Shown piece after piece: positions 11,310 to 24,143 of a stretch of 64,000 nucleotides of DNA; position 1 is the stretch's first letter, and every line of letters starts with the position of its first letter. Origin of the DNA: Lepidodermella squamata (Eukaryota; Animalia; Gastrotricha); NCBI GenBank assembly GCA_047495785.1, contig JBLDXI010000025.1, positions 2,046,001-2,110,000 on the forward strand. The letters run 5' to 3'. Under the pieces are notes generated by a model, which worked only from the letters and a program-made list of their open reading frames with translations, was not told the DNA's origin and searched no databases. The position numbers were made by a program, and so were the translations under genes.

Positions 11310-14300
11310 ATGGCTAACTGGGCTATGGTGTCGGGAATATCGCGGCGCCGCTCGCATAAAGCAAAGCAACAGCCGCACGCCCACCCGGCCCAACTTAACG
11401 CTGATCAATCGGCTGCTCCCGCCCCATTCGACCAGCCAGCGCCGAGTGTGCGCGACGAATTAGCCAGAGTTTTTAAAGGTATCTATTTTTTCATCCCAAA
11501 TATCCAATTTATTTCATTATTTTTGATGACCCCATGTTTTCAGTAGTGCGCGCAGGAAGCTTCACCATTCGAGAAAAATGCCAAGCATGTAAATTGACAA
11601 ACAAACTAACGTAAAAGCCCTATTCCCTTACATTTTTAACCCCGATTATTATATACGATATAGTTCTCATTTTAGACATGCACCAAAAATAGAACCAGCC
11701 CTTAATAAATCATCAGATAATCGATGATATACGGTCTATAAAAAGCTCTTTCGTAGAACTGACCATAAGCATCCCCCGTAATTGCCCTGTTATCTTTGCT
11801 GTTCAGAAAAAGGGTACTGTTATACTCTCTTTAGGGGGTATATCGCGTTGTTTTTTTCCACCTTGCGCGCGGTATAGAACGATCATTGCCTTCCGTTATA
11901 ATGCCAAGCATAATAATATACCATCTGCATCGTTGAGTCACGCACTTTATTATTAGATCACGGAATATTTTTACCGCAAAATGTGTAAGTGATTTATTGA
12001 TAAAATTAATTAACACGCAAAATGTTCGCGGCTGCGAGTCGACCGCGGCAAAGCCGAGCGCCGCAATCGTCACACTCGTCTGGCCTGGTCGCTTCCTTCT
12101 TTTTTGGTGGAAACTCATCCGGCTCGCAACACCCAAGCGCAGCACTTCTCACATCTCCAGCCGCTAAAACTCTAGCTAAAACTGCTCAAACCTCCGGCCA
12201 ACATTCGTCTGCTCCAAGAAGGCGAAAACGCAGCCGTCGAAATGCAATCATCATGACCAGTGAAGATGAAGAAGTGGCGGAGGACAGTTTGGACGATGCT
12301 GAGCGGGCTGGAGAGAAGGCTCGACATCGACGCACCTCACAGCAGAAGGACGGTACATCACAACAGAATCATCGCGAGATCATTACAATTATCACCTTAA
12401 TTATTTGAAAATCAGGTTTCGGTTTCCAACTTATAGATTTCATTCAGTCCCACTTGCTGGGTAATTGCAGCGCGAGGGCATTCTTCACCTTTCAATTAGA
12501 AAGAATTTGATTGATTAGAAACGAGCTGTATCATCTAAATAGTAGCGCTATTCGCTTAATCTTCCCATTTCTTTCTTTTTTAATGTATTGAGCACTAAAG
12601 CATGTTCCATGCCGCTTCTACTCCGTATAGGCCTGTGAAAAGACGGGGTGCTATCCGTCCTTCTAGATCTACCCCCGCTATTATGGCAAATTTCCAAGAA
12701 GGTTTTCGCTTCACTAACAACCTTTTGCACTATCTACAAAGGTCTCCAAATAATTCCTGCATTTTCTTTCATTTTCAGTCTCTCGGCGAACCTCAAACAC
12801 TGCTCAGCCGCTTTCCGCTGCTCAGCAATCGATTGCGAAGAGAAAATCTATAGTACCGCACCTTGTCAGGTCTTCATCAGGTCCTCAAGATGCTGGCTCG
12901 ACAGCGGAATTGGTCGACCTGCCTCGGAGTTGTGCCCTTCTCGCGCCGAGGAGAGTCACTAATTTATCGAAATATTCCCAGGCCTCTTTTTCACCGGCAC
13001 CTCCCCCGCCACCGGTTTGGCCTATTCGAGCACCGGCCCGTGACACGTCACCGTCATCAAGCGACGTCGACGATAAAATACTACCGAAGACCCATCCTGT
13101 CACTGCGATTCTAGAGGAAGACGATGTAGACGACGAGCTAACCGAGTCTGATGAAAGTAATACCCTTCAAATAATCACCCGTGTTAACTAACAAGAATTA
13201 CTTACAAAATATACTAACAGCTCGAGCTAGATCCGAAAGGGTTGTTAAAGAAATCATGGATATGGCCAAGCCCCCTTTGCCGCAACAGAGGTCTTTGGAT
13301 GAAACAGTGACCTCGCAACGCAAAAGCAAGCGATGGTTCGGTAAAAAAGATAAGGATGCGGAGAAAAATATGACGAAGAGTCTATCTGCCCCGAACAAGC
13401 TTGCCATGATCGCAACGGCGTCGCTTATGATGATAAACGCTAGCATTGTCGGGATTAGTCGGAAACCAAAGCCACCTGTAAAGAAGACCCATCCTGAAAC
13501 AGACTCCGAGGGTACTTTGAATGCATTATTCCCACGCTTTTCCATGCATGCTTAGATGTATTTGTCAAAATTTGCGTTTTCAATTTCCTGAGATTCAGAA
13601 TTGAAAGATATTTTTATTTCAGATGAAAAGCACGATTGCGGCAAGGAAGGGTGCGAAATCGTCCGGATCAATATTAGCGGAATGCCTTATGACATTCGAT
13701 TAGCTGCCCTCAACAGTAGGCCTGATACTCTACTTGGAAATCCAATCAAAAGAATCGAATACTGGGACCCTGTTCGCCAGGAATTTTTCTTCGACCGATA
13801 CAGACCGACATTTGAAGCAATTTTCGAGTACTACCAATACGGCGGGAAGTTGAAGCGGCCGAAGCATGTCCCTGAAGATGTTTTCCTTGACGAGGTCAAG
13901 TTTTTCGAAATCGAAAAATCATCAGTCGATGAATACCTACGCGAAGAGGGTTACGTCGAGGAGAAATACGAACTGCCCGAGGGTGAGCTGGCCAAAAAGA
14001 TTTGGATTATGTTCGAGTATCCTGAAACTAGTCGACTGGCCTTCGTAGTTGGCCTAATATCGATAGTTTTCACAGTTGTTTCAATCGTTTCATTCTGCCT
14101 AGAGACACTACCTCAGTTCGCGGCGATCCACGTTTGTGTAGACCACAAGCCTAATTTTGTCGAGCCTTTCTTCGTTATCGAAACGATATGCACTGCCTGG
14201 TTTACGTTTGAATACTTGATGAGGCTGAGTGTTTCGCCTAACAAGTGGACCTTCCTGCGTAACTTCAAGAATATCGTCGATTGTGCAGCTGTTGTTCCGT

Positions 14301-14776
14301 ATTACATCTCCCTTTTTACAACTTTGTACAAGATGGACTGTGAAACTTCGAAAGGAAGTGCCTCGCTCGGATTTCTAAGGGTCGTTCGCTTGGTTCGAGT
14401 CTTCAAATTGACAAAACATTCAGCTGGTCTTCAAGTTCTCATGTTAACTTTCAAAGCATCTTTCGGCGGTCTTGGCTTATTTTTAGTCGCCCTATTCGTC
14501 TGTATGCTGCTATTTTCTTCAACAATTTACTACGCCGAAGTTGGCCAACCAAATGCTACGATCGATTCTATCCCGGATGCGTTTTGGTGGAGTATAATCA
14601 CGATGTGTACTGTTGGCTATGGCGACGAGTATCCAGTTTCGGTTTGGGGCAAAGTTGTTGGGTCGATCTGCGCTATTGCCGGCGTTCTGACACTAGCTAT
14701 ACCTGTTCCGATCATCACGGAGAACTTCAATAAATTCTATGCTCATAAATCGAAAGCTAAACCACCTACGAGTTGA
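11310..14776 (+). CDS. Voltage-gated potassium channel, Shaker/Kv1-like, with a long low-complexity N-terminus (5' exons approximate)
   Basis: T1 domain (RINISG..DTLLGNP..FFFDR), S1-S6, filter TVGYGD and PVP gate lie in the terminal exon (~13623-14776). Upstream exon ORFs at 11310, 12022, ~12780-13511. Confidence 0.9.
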
Positions 14777-14925
14777 ACAAATTGGTTGCTACTATAGACT
14801 GAAAAATCTTCATCGTTGTAGAAATTACTTGTCTTTATTTTCAGAGCAGCTTTCACGGCGTAATTTAATAAAATATTGCTGATACGTGAACTATTTTTGA
14901 AGATGGAGTTGTTTATATGGGTTGG

Positions 14926-15331
14926 CTACTTGGCTTGTCCAGTCATGATTTTTCGAGCTACAACTTGAGCCCAAAGATAGAAGCTGACCTTGTTCTCACA
15001 CATTTCGATTGACTTCAACACAGATAAGCACCGCATAAGCCGTTTTCGATAGTCGTGCTGCCCGACCCATTTCAGAAGTTCAAGCAGATCATTGGAGCTG
15101 CTTTTTGCTATGTAGGTCTCGACCCTGTTTATTAGCAGGCGTTGAAGCATGTCTGGAAGATGGAAATACGACTATTAAGGGTTGCAGAATGTTATAAATC
15201 AAAATGTTACCTGATTTGGATAGTTTCGAAGCGGTAAGCTTAAGGAGATCATTCTTTCGAACAGCCTTGGAAGAATCACATGAATGTAATCCGTAGATAA
15301 TAACAATAACAACCGCAATAAAAATTGCCAT
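14926..15331 (-). CDS. Small secreted protein, family A copy 1 (2 exons)
   Basis: Exon 15331-15211 (signal peptide) plus exon 15152-14926. Motif RLMRCLSVLKSIEMCENKVSFYLWAQVVARKIM is shared with 19722-20133. Confidence 0.75.
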
Positions 15332-16052
15332 TTTCGTCGCCGCTAAACTTTGCCAGGTTTATATAAATGGGGATAGCTTTCAATGTCTCACTCTCCTTAA
15401 TGAACGGCGACCTTTTTTCTTGGGTGATATACGTGTCGTGGACAACTGGAATCACATTACCTAATTAATTTACGGCGAATTGACGCTAGTGATGGAATTA
15501 AAAATGCGTAGATTGATGATGACGCGTCGCATTTATTTAGCCATTGAATCATTGAAGTGTGTACAATATGTACAAACCTCTGTGGTCATTTAAAATCAAT
15601 GAACAATCATTTTCAGAGTGACTAATTTAATATGAAAAACCCAACAAACGTCAAGGTAATTTAAACATATCGCATAATAAGCAGGACGAAACAACAGGCA
15701 TATTCTAAATAATTGAGGCTAAAAATTTAAAAAATCGGGCAGATATGTCAGCCAATCAAAGCCAAAACTAGTTTGAATATTTAGGATGGATTTTAGTTCT
15801 TGTTATTTCTACAGCAGAATACAGAGCTTGAACTGAAATTGGCTGAACTCAAAGATTTTCGAGGGGTTCCTTGCGGCTGAAACTAATTGAAATGGTTATA
15901 TATGGTTGAATTTGAACCTTTCTTTAATTTGATGATTATGATAGATGAAAAAGGTAATTATCTCATCTGAATTACACGTTATTCCAGAGAGTCGTGTTTC
16001 ACCCAGAATGTTCCATCGGGCTTCTTTTCCAGATTTCGGGCTACACTGTTTA

Positions 16053-17087
16053 CTATATAGACCTATTGAGCATAAAGACGATTCTTGAAAACTCAGGCAC
16101 CAAGTAAAATCCGTCACTGCTTGCTTGCAAATTTGATGAAAGAAGACCATGATGTGCAGCGAAATATCCAACTCCAGCAGCTTGCCACTCGACCCGAGTG
16201 ATATGGCCGCGAAAATCTGCTACGTCAGATCCTTCCTCAACATTGAACAGCCTAGTTATCCAACCACTTATAGTACCATCACTTCCACATCCTCCACTAC
16301 CGAAACTGAACATTTCAGACCAAAACTTGGCATTCATCTCCTTTGCCAGGACATCAGTCAGCATTTGACTTGCAAGAGCAGCAACTTCGCCTAGGTAATC
16401 CACCATTCTTTGGGATGAAGCGAGTAGCAACTGCCATTTCAAGGTAGCCTCGATTATTGAAATCCAGTCCTGCGCTTCTCCCTCCAGTCTCACCCTTGGT
16501 ATCCCGCATTTCATAGTGCTGTATTGATAGTAGGGCGAAACAGCCTCTGCAAACGCCGCATATCTTGCCTCCTCGGAAATGCCAGTATCAGTCGAGAATC
16601 GGGGCAGTAAACCAACGATATTCGACGGCATCTTCGTCCTCAAAAGTGTGATCACAGAGCTAAGATTTATAGCTCTTTCAGGATCTTGGAAAACAGTGAC
16701 CGTTTGCAATCGGCTTGAATTTGTGAACAAATCCCGATTCTGCTCTACATTACGCTGAACGTGCTGGGAAATCACGTTCAATACTGTAAAGTAGAACATG
16801 TCAGGTCGCATAACAGCTCCAATATGGTCAGCCCAACATTTGACAAGATACATAGCCAGATTTTGATGGTAGTAATCGGCGTCGTTTGGCAGGGTTGTTG
16901 TGACATGGGGTTGATAGGTCGTCCCATCACTTTCACCTGCGTTGAGAGATGACACTGCCCTTAGCAATTCTCGCCTCATGAAGTCTCGATCTTCGCCGAA
17001 CGGATTCAGAGTTAAGTTGCCTTCCAAGTTCAAACTCAAAGATTGAACACAAGGAAGAAGAAATAATATTAACATAGTCATTTTCAT
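16053..17087 (-). CDS. DUF4419-family protein with signal peptide, intronless
   Basis: CWADHIGAVMRPDMFYFTVL..HVQRNVEQNRDLF, CGIPRVRLEGEAQDW and ISGWITRLF match DUF4419 motifs. Confidence 0.8.
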   Translation of the reverse strand: MKMTMLILFLLPCVQSLSLNLEGNLTLNPFGEDRDFMRRELLRAVSSLNAGESDGTTYQPHVTTTLPNDADYYHQNLAMYLVKCWADHIGAVMRPDMFYFTVLNVISQHVQRNVEQNRDLFTNSSRLQTVTVFQDPERAINLSSVITLLRTKMPSNIVGLLPRFSTDTGISEEARYAAFAEAVSPYYQYSTMKCGIPRVRLEGEAQDWISIIEATLKWQLLLASSQRMVDYLGEVAALASQMLTDVLAKEMNAKFWSEMFSFGSGGCGSDGTISGWITRLFNVEEGSDVADFRGHITRVEWQAAGVGYFAAHHGLLSSNLQASSDGFYLVPEFSRIVFMLNRSI

Positions 17088-17184
17088 TATTTTAATCTGT
17101 ACGAAACGAAGATATAGTTTAACATTTTATACGTGAAATTATCACAATTAGTCAAGTTAGTTAATGATTAATGATAGAGCTAAA

Positions 17185-18483
17185 CTAAACATTACTCAAA
17201 AGCAATTGTGTTGCGAGATATTTTGAGTATTCTTGTCCCCTGCAGAATGTAGACAGCTCGTTGAATTTCTCTCGAAATACAGCCACGTTAAACTTGGGAA
17301 ACATAGTCTTCACTAAGTTCGACATTTTGAACGGATGAAATGCAATGGTTTTGTTGAAATTAATCATCTCATTCACAGGCATATCAAGTGGCAGTCCATT
17401 CACAAAATTGTTAGAACCATCAATGATTCCAACTGTTGATAAATTAAGGCATAGGAATGTGTTAGGAACTGCGATCTCTTGAAACACCAAATGCTTAGCG
17501 AACACTTTGAACATTGCTGTTACTATAGGAAAGTCTTGCTTTGAAATGTAGAAGAGTTCGGTTTGGCCGCCGCCAAGAAGCCTCCCTTTCGCTCCTGTGT
17601 ATTTGACTAGATCAGCCAAGCAATCAGCCAGAATTTTCAATTCATTATCAGTTTTCGACTTGCTTTCCTCCAAATCCTTAAGAGCAGCCAGAGATTGTTC
17701 TTTGTAGAATTGGGGCCACAGCCATTCGACTTCTTCACTCGAGCATGAAGTTTCGTTCCAGTCACATCTTTTCCTACTTCGAATGTCGTAAACCATCCGC
17801 CTCTTCAGGGGTAAGGAATAACTCCTATCCAGATCGAACTCAGGTTTGAAGATAAAGTCCCAGTAACTGAATAGAACATCGTCATGGGCGAAGAAAACTC
17901 CGGTGACTGATTTCAACTTCGTCCTCCCTAAAACTTGGCTTACGCATGAGTAAATCGTCTCTCCGACATCTCTGTAGTAGAAGTTGTAACTCACAAATCG
18001 ATCGGTGAAGAATTTGATGAAATCTTCAGAGGCATCCATGTAAAACCGCCTGAGTTGGACGTGCATGGTTGTCGACTTTCTCGCGGGTCCACAAAAGTAG
18101 ATTTCAGCGAAGACGCGACCATAAATTGCGTTGACCAGCGGCGACACTAGGTACTGTCTTTGCTTATTGAAACCAACGACAAGAATGGTTGAATTTTTCA
18201 ATTGCTTCAGTCGATTCAATGCATCGCTGGTTAGTTCACTGTCGTAGGGTAGTTTCAAATGGTCTGAGATCCCTAGAGGATTTCTCGGCCCTCGACTTTG
18301 GTCGAACCAGCATAGCTTTTTCGAGGTTATATAGTCTGATTCTGACCAGAAGTCGTCGAATTTGTTAACTACGGCTGTGCCGAAATTCGGTAAATTGAAA
18401 CTTAGGCGGTAATTAACAATGAAGGATAGCAAGAACAAGAAGCTAGCTGTTGGCAATAGCCAGAGTGTTGTATGAGTCTGCAT
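17185..18483 (-). CDS. STELLO-like (DUF288) putative glycosyltransferase, type II membrane
   Basis: N-terminal signal anchor, ILVVGFNK, FAEIYFCG, GVFFAHDDVLFSYW (DD motif), VFQEIAVPN. Confidence 0.75.
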   Translation of the reverse strand: MQTHTTLWLLPTASFLFLLSFIVNYRLSFNLPNFGTAVVNKFDDFWSESDYITSKKLCWFDQSRGPRNPLGISDHLKLPYDSELTSDALNRLKQLKNSTILVVGFNKQRQYLVSPLVNAIYGRVFAEIYFCGPARKSTTMHVQLRRFYMDASEDFIKFFTDRFVSYNFYYRDVGETIYSCVSQVLGRTKLKSVTGVFFAHDDVLFSYWDFIFKPEFDLDRSYSLPLKRRMVYDIRSRKRCDWNETSCSSEEVEWLWPQFYKEQSLAALKDLEESKSKTDNELKILADCLADLVKYTGAKGRLLGGGQTELFYISKQDFPIVTAMFKVFAKHLVFQEIAVPNTFLCLNLSTVGIIDGSNNFVNGLPLDMPVNEMINFNKTIAFHPFKMSNLVKTMFPKFNVAVFREKFNELSTFCRGQEYSKYLATQLLLSNV

Positions 18484-18739
18484 TCATTGTTGTAAAAAGC
18501 AAACGCAACAATGGCTCTCTATTGCTAGCCGTGTGAGTCATATAGCTACCACTGCACCTAAGTAAGGAGAATGCACGAACCAAAGCGGCTTAATTTTACA
18601 CAAAATAAAACTGTTCCTGCAGCCTTTTGGCTGTTGGCTGTTGACATCCTGGAGACGAAGTAGGAAAGGCGCCTGGAAGCCGAGAATTCCTTCCTAAAAT
18701 AAATAAAAGTCTGGCCTCGCACTGAGGATTGGAATCAGC

Positions 18740-18915
18740 GGCAGACCGTCATAACAACAAACGCGACAAAACAGCAACTTTTTCAACTTGCGACATAACA
18801 GCAGAAACACGATGCATCTTTTGCACACTAAGTTTTCGCTGTTTTGTCGCAAAATAAAAATGTTCTGTTTTGTCATATTCGCTTTTCTGCGCAGTTGCTG
18901 TTTTGTCGCCGTAAC
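18740..18915. mobile_element. ~180-200 bp repeat family (MITE-like) copy A
   Basis: Begins ggcagaccgtcataac and contains cgacaaaacagc sub-repeats. It is the reverse complement of the copies at 19117 and 26605. Confidence 0.8.
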
Positions 18916-19116
18916 AAATCGGCACGATTAAAATTCAAGACATTTTTTTCGAAGGATTTTTCGAAGGAGACACCTCATAATAATGCAATGTATCATTTCA
19001 ACCGCATTTTCAACAACTGTAGCCACTATCTTACCCGATGAAGTGAAAATGTTAGTCTATCCCCAAGATCATCGCTCGGGTCACATGACTAATTACCGCG
19101 TGTCAATAATTAGTAA

Positions 19117-19318
19117 GGTACGGCGACAAAACAGCAACTTCGCGAAACATCGAATGCGACAAAACAGCAAATTTTTTATTTCGCGACAAAACAGCGAATA
19201 CTTTTACAATGTAAAAGATGCATCGTGTTTCTGCTGTCATGTCGCAAGTTGAAAAAGTTGCTGTTATGCCGAGTTTGCTGTTTGCTGTATTGGGTATTTG
19301 CTGTTATGACGGTCTGCC
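19117..19318. mobile_element. Same repeat family copy B (inverted relative to A)
   Basis: ggtacggcgacaaaacagc ... gttatgacggtctgcc. Confidence 0.8.
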
Positions 19319-19721
19319 ATTACGATTTTTTTCAAAATTTCAAAATTCAAACCTGGCAACAGCAGTTGTATTTTATTATCCTGGATGACTTCGCAGTTAT
19401 TGGTCATATAACCAGAATTTTCCTGTCATTCAAATGATTTGACCTGGAGTATATTGACCTGAGCAAGGGCAGCTTGGGGATGCGATCAAATGCCTGGCAG
19501 TGTCACAACGCTAACTGACATGATTGACACAGATTTGTCGGTCAACTATTAGGCTTGACCGCATAATTATTATCAGTGACATGTGACATGCTCGAAATGA
19601 AAATTAAACATAAAAATTGCTGTAATATCCCCAAATGCGACATTAGTGAATCCTAATAGTGTTGACCAATAAAATATTCCGACATAAGGAAAAAGTATAA
19701 CATTTTTAAAATTGCAGCACC

Positions 19722-20133
19722 ATGACTCGAGGAACTTTTCAAACTTTGGTTCTTATATCCTATATTTTAGCAGCTTTATCGGCTAAACCGATGCCAAGCA
19801 AAACATCAAAGGAGGCTCTGAAAAATGCAAAGTTCAACTCTACGGCTGCTAGGAAACTCATCGTGAAATCAGGTACAAAAAAATTAAATTTTTACTGATT
19901 TTAATTAAAATAAGTTGCGATTTTTTTCAGCTGCTTACAGTCACATTGAAAGATTCATAAACACTGCTGAAATTTCGGATTTGTTGTTCTCGTTCAGGCC
20001 TATCGTTCAACGGAGCTACGCAAAGCGTCTTGGGAAGTGCTTCTCGTCGTTGAAATCGATGGAAATTTGCAAGAATAAGGTTGGATTCTACTTTTGGGCG
20101 CAAATTTTGGCGCGGAGAATTATGGCTGAATAA
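19722..20133 (+). CDS. Small secreted protein, family A copy 2 (2 exons)
   Basis: Exon 19722-19872 (MTRGTFQTLVLISYILAALSA signal), intron to 19930. RLGKCFSSLKSMEICKNKVGFYFWAQILARRIM; the intron follows ..KS exactly as in copy 1. Confidence 0.75.
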
Positions 20134-20374
20134 TTACGATATTATCTGATTCACGCTAGCCAATTTTTATATCAAAAAGGCCTTGTTGTATTTTTTTGGT
20201 GAACAAGAAATAAATATTCGCGTTTTTACACTGGAGTTTGATAAGCTTCGTAATTGATTTTGTTAGCGATAAGATAAGCGGACAGGTATGTTCCCATGAA
20301 TTATTGCAAAGCGTGTAAATTACAACGCGCGACTCGGATCCTTTTCTTTGCAATCAAGAATGAGGATTTCAACC

Positions 20375-23136
20375 ATGCAAATATTTTCAATTTTCTCCTT
20401 TTTATTTTTTCTGGTGTCTGGGATGACGGATGGTACCCCCGGCGATATCGGTACTTGAGCTAACAATTAAATATTATTTTTTCAATTTTTGTTGAAATAT
20501 ACATGCAGATGTAACAGCTACATTTTCGGCATCTCAAGTCGTTATAAACGATTCACCTGTCTCCTGGACGCCTGAACTTGGAGATTCCTCGTCCAACAGT
20601 TCTAAAGATGTTGTGTCACTTCTAGAATCAGAGGTAACTGAAGCAAAATATTAATTTAGCAAAGTTACATTTGCCACGGTTGATTGTTAGATACAAAAGA
20701 TTTACCAACTTGCAGAACTATCTGTGGAGAAAATAATAATTGAGTCACTCAGGTTTGTCTTACAGCTTAGCGCAGTGTGGTCCGCTATTTTAGATGTCCA
20801 TTTTTAGCGAGGCGTTAGAGATTGAACCGGCCATTCTAAGGTCGACGAAGACCAATGGGATAAAAGCCAAGTACAGCACACTCGTAACGAAATATCCAGC
20901 ATCACTGCAGATCGTGGAACCGGTCGAACTCGCGAAACAACTCGAAGCATCGCTCGTTACTGCCATTGGTCTTTACGAAGTTGGGGAAGATTTCAAGAAG
21001 CATTTCGGAGACGGCGCTGAAATCTTGCACAGCGTTGAGGCGGCCGTATTAACAGGTGGAAAATTAACTAGCGCGGTTTAAAAACGTTATTATTCATCCA
21101 AGCAATATGCGCTGTGCAATTTATACCGAATAAGTTCATTTGGAAACGATTGGTCGCGCTAAAAGCTTTGCCCCAATTTCACGACAGCTTCAAAGCTATT
21201 AGGAATTTGAGGATGGCAGCAATCGACCGGTCCAGCGAGCTCGAAGCTTTTCCAAAAACATTGTTGGAATAGAATTCGAATGGAAAAATGTGTAGCAAAC
21301 GTGCATTTTCGAAGATTCATTTAAAAAAAATGCTTTTTCGCGTCTGATTTCGGCAAATTAATTGTAGAACTATCGTAAAACTGGAAGCTAGAAATTATTG
21401 CTCGTATTTGACACTTGTTTTCATAATCTGACAATTTCTACTACAGAGACCACCACTGCGTCTTTACCAGAAACTACCACCGAAGCGTCAACCGATGAGA
21501 TCTCAACAACTGAAGATTTAACTACCACAGCGGAAGCTACAACAGAAGGTAAAATTAGTGGCTAGTGTAATATCCCGTGCATATTCCTACCGGGGTGCCC
21601 GGAAAAGAAACCATGCCATTTTATTCAAACTACGTCAAACCATGAAATTTAAACAAGATCGGCGGTTGTATAGGGCCAGATTTCATTTAGCTGTTAGCTG
21701 AACGAAAAAAATAAAGAAAGCCAACGTCACTAAAATAGGATACCAATATTTGTCTATTATTTTCAATAATCTATATTTTATTTGTGATTTATTTAATTCC
21801 CTTTCGCGGCGGAATTTCTTTCAGGCAAGCAAAAAAATTGAATTCTTTAAATTTTCAGCAAATTAAGAAAGGAATCGGAAAATTGCCACAACATGCTATG
21901 CTAAGGCCTAATGCGCATATTTCCTATCAGTTACTGATTTCACTGGAATTTTCCATTTCGAAAAATGAAATGGATATAGTCAATTGGACCCTGCCGGACA
22001 CGCCTGTGAAGTCAGATAGATCAGGAAAATACCCAAGACATCGCTTTCTCGATTGTAAAAAATATGAAAAACGTGCATCAGTTTGAAATTTTAAAATTCA
22101 TCGTATTCGCCGAAAGGCGAAGAGATAAATAAATTTTAGTTTCGGATTCTTATTGTAGGCAACAGTTGAAAGTAGTATTTTGCTTTTTAGGATAGAAAAA
22201 TTTCGGAATTCGTTAAATTGATGGATCTGTGAATTGCCAAAGTCGAAATTCCGAAATCTTCCTTCCAGCCATGAACGGGTAAAAATTAGCCCAAATACTT
22301 CGATTCTGACATCGATAATTGCCTCGAATGATAAATATTTCCCATTTTGGGGGTTTCATTATTGTCTGGCCGCTGGTCTTACATTTATTTCGGGCTTGAA
22401 GTTTATTTGTTTTAAACAACTAACGGCTAACCCGTGACAATTATTCCGGGCAGTACGGTTTTATACATTTTTCCCATAAAACGACGATTTTACTACAGCT
22501 ATCGAAGAGGCGACCACTACAATGTCAGAAGCCAGCACGGAACCTTCAACCGATGAGCTCTCAACAACTGATGAAAATACCACAGCAGCAGAAGCTACAA
22601 CAGAAAACTTGACCACTGATAGTTCAGACACTACGCTGGTGACAGAAACGGATTCTAGCGGTGACGATACGACGACAGCAAGCGGCTCGCTGACAGAAGA
22701 GCCCTCGAGTACCGAACCTGAGCTGGAAGATCCTACTACAACTACGGCTGAGCCTTCAATAGAGGAGCCTGCAACGGATCCTACGCCAGCTTTAGAAGCA
22801 ACTTCACCCACAACTGAAAAGGCTGAAGATATCACATCCGATGTTCCTGTAGTGACAACCGAAAAAAGCGAAGTCATATCTATTACCACAGTTAAAATCG
22901 ATGAATCGCATGTTGGCTCGAGTGACGATGGTGCCGTAGTCGCTGCGGCTATTCTAGGCGCCCTACTGGCACTGGCTCTCATTGCTATCGGCGTGCTCGG
23001 GTTAGTTTCGATTGCAAATTAGTTTTCGCAAAATGACGAGTATTTTTCGATTATTAGATATATGGTTTATCAGTCGAATCATCACAACCACGGTTACGAC
23101 GATACTATGCAAATGACATCGGATTTTTCTCCGTAA
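20375..23136 (+). CDS. SEA-domain-like / mucin-like type I membrane protein (multi-exon)
   Basis: Signal peptide MQIFSIFSFLFFLVSG, SEA-like WTPELGDSSSNSSKDVVSLLESEIQKIY, duplicated Thr/Glu-rich exons (~21448 and ~22498), TM AVVAAAILGALLALALIAIGVLG, short tail ending DFSP*. Confidence 0.7.
21589..22459. mobile_element. Intronic non-autonomous TIR element (imperfect TIRs)
   Basis: accggggtgcccggaaaa at the left end versus accgtactgcccggaataa (reverse complement of the right end). Confidence 0.4.
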
Positions 23137-24143
23137 ATTAGTGGCTAATTAACTCTCAACGAATGAATTAATGAATAAAAATGCATTTTGGTGCTAACAT
23201 ATAAAATTATATTGGATTGAATGTCCAATTTCCTAGAAAATGTTGGAAATCCGAATTACAAACTAAAACGCTCTGATACATAGCAGGAACCTTGAAGGTA
23301 AGCCGATAAAAGCTTAATTTTTGCTCGTCGAAGGAATTCCCGGTTTTCGGCATTGTGAGCTTGGAAATTAGTTTGTGAAACCTTGATTTTGATGAACTAA
23401 AGCTGAAAGGAGGAGCATCCTATATTGAGCATCAAAATGTCACGTGACCCTCTAATACCCGAAGTCACACCTGAGCGATTACAGAATTTTACCGGGGAAA
23501 CCTGAAAAAACCTGATTGGTAAAAATATCACTATTTTTGGTATTTAACCCGATTTTGCTGAATTGTTTCCCAATTTTTCATCTACCTTGAAGCAGTTGTT
23601 ATCAATTACCATTCCGTTCACGTTCATTCCTAGAGTTTTGAATTTTTTACGTAAAATCCCTTCAGGGCTGACTATTTTTCTCAAGTTTTCTGATGAATCA
23701 TGAAAATTACAGCAAAAATATACCTCCAGATTTTATGATGCAATCGTTTTCAGCTTTCAGCGTCCAAAATTAGGGCTATGGTAAAGCTCCATTCAGACCT
23801 CAAGGTAGCTTCTTACTGATTTGGAAGGCCGGTTAGCAGTGTCCTGGTTTTGGACAAATTGCATTTTAAATTTGCAAACCTAGAATTCCAACTGTATATC
23901 AGCTTTTTTTATTTCCAAAATTACGAAATTAATTCGCGGATGATGAAAATTGCTGCTAATTTAGAACCAATGCTGCGGCATAATAACATCACGCCTAATT
24001 TCAAAATTATTTTATTTCGAAGGCATAATTTCGCTAACAAAATGGAATAAGTCGTGTATTCAGTATTCAGGCCTAATAGGGTATTTTACTTGTAGCACAA
24101 AATTATATAGAAAAAATGTTGAAAATTAATTTCTTCAGTAATT

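Noticed and set aside
22461-22982. 173-aa Ser/Val-rich minus-strand ORF
   Set aside because: Antisense of the Thr/Glu-rich mucin exon.
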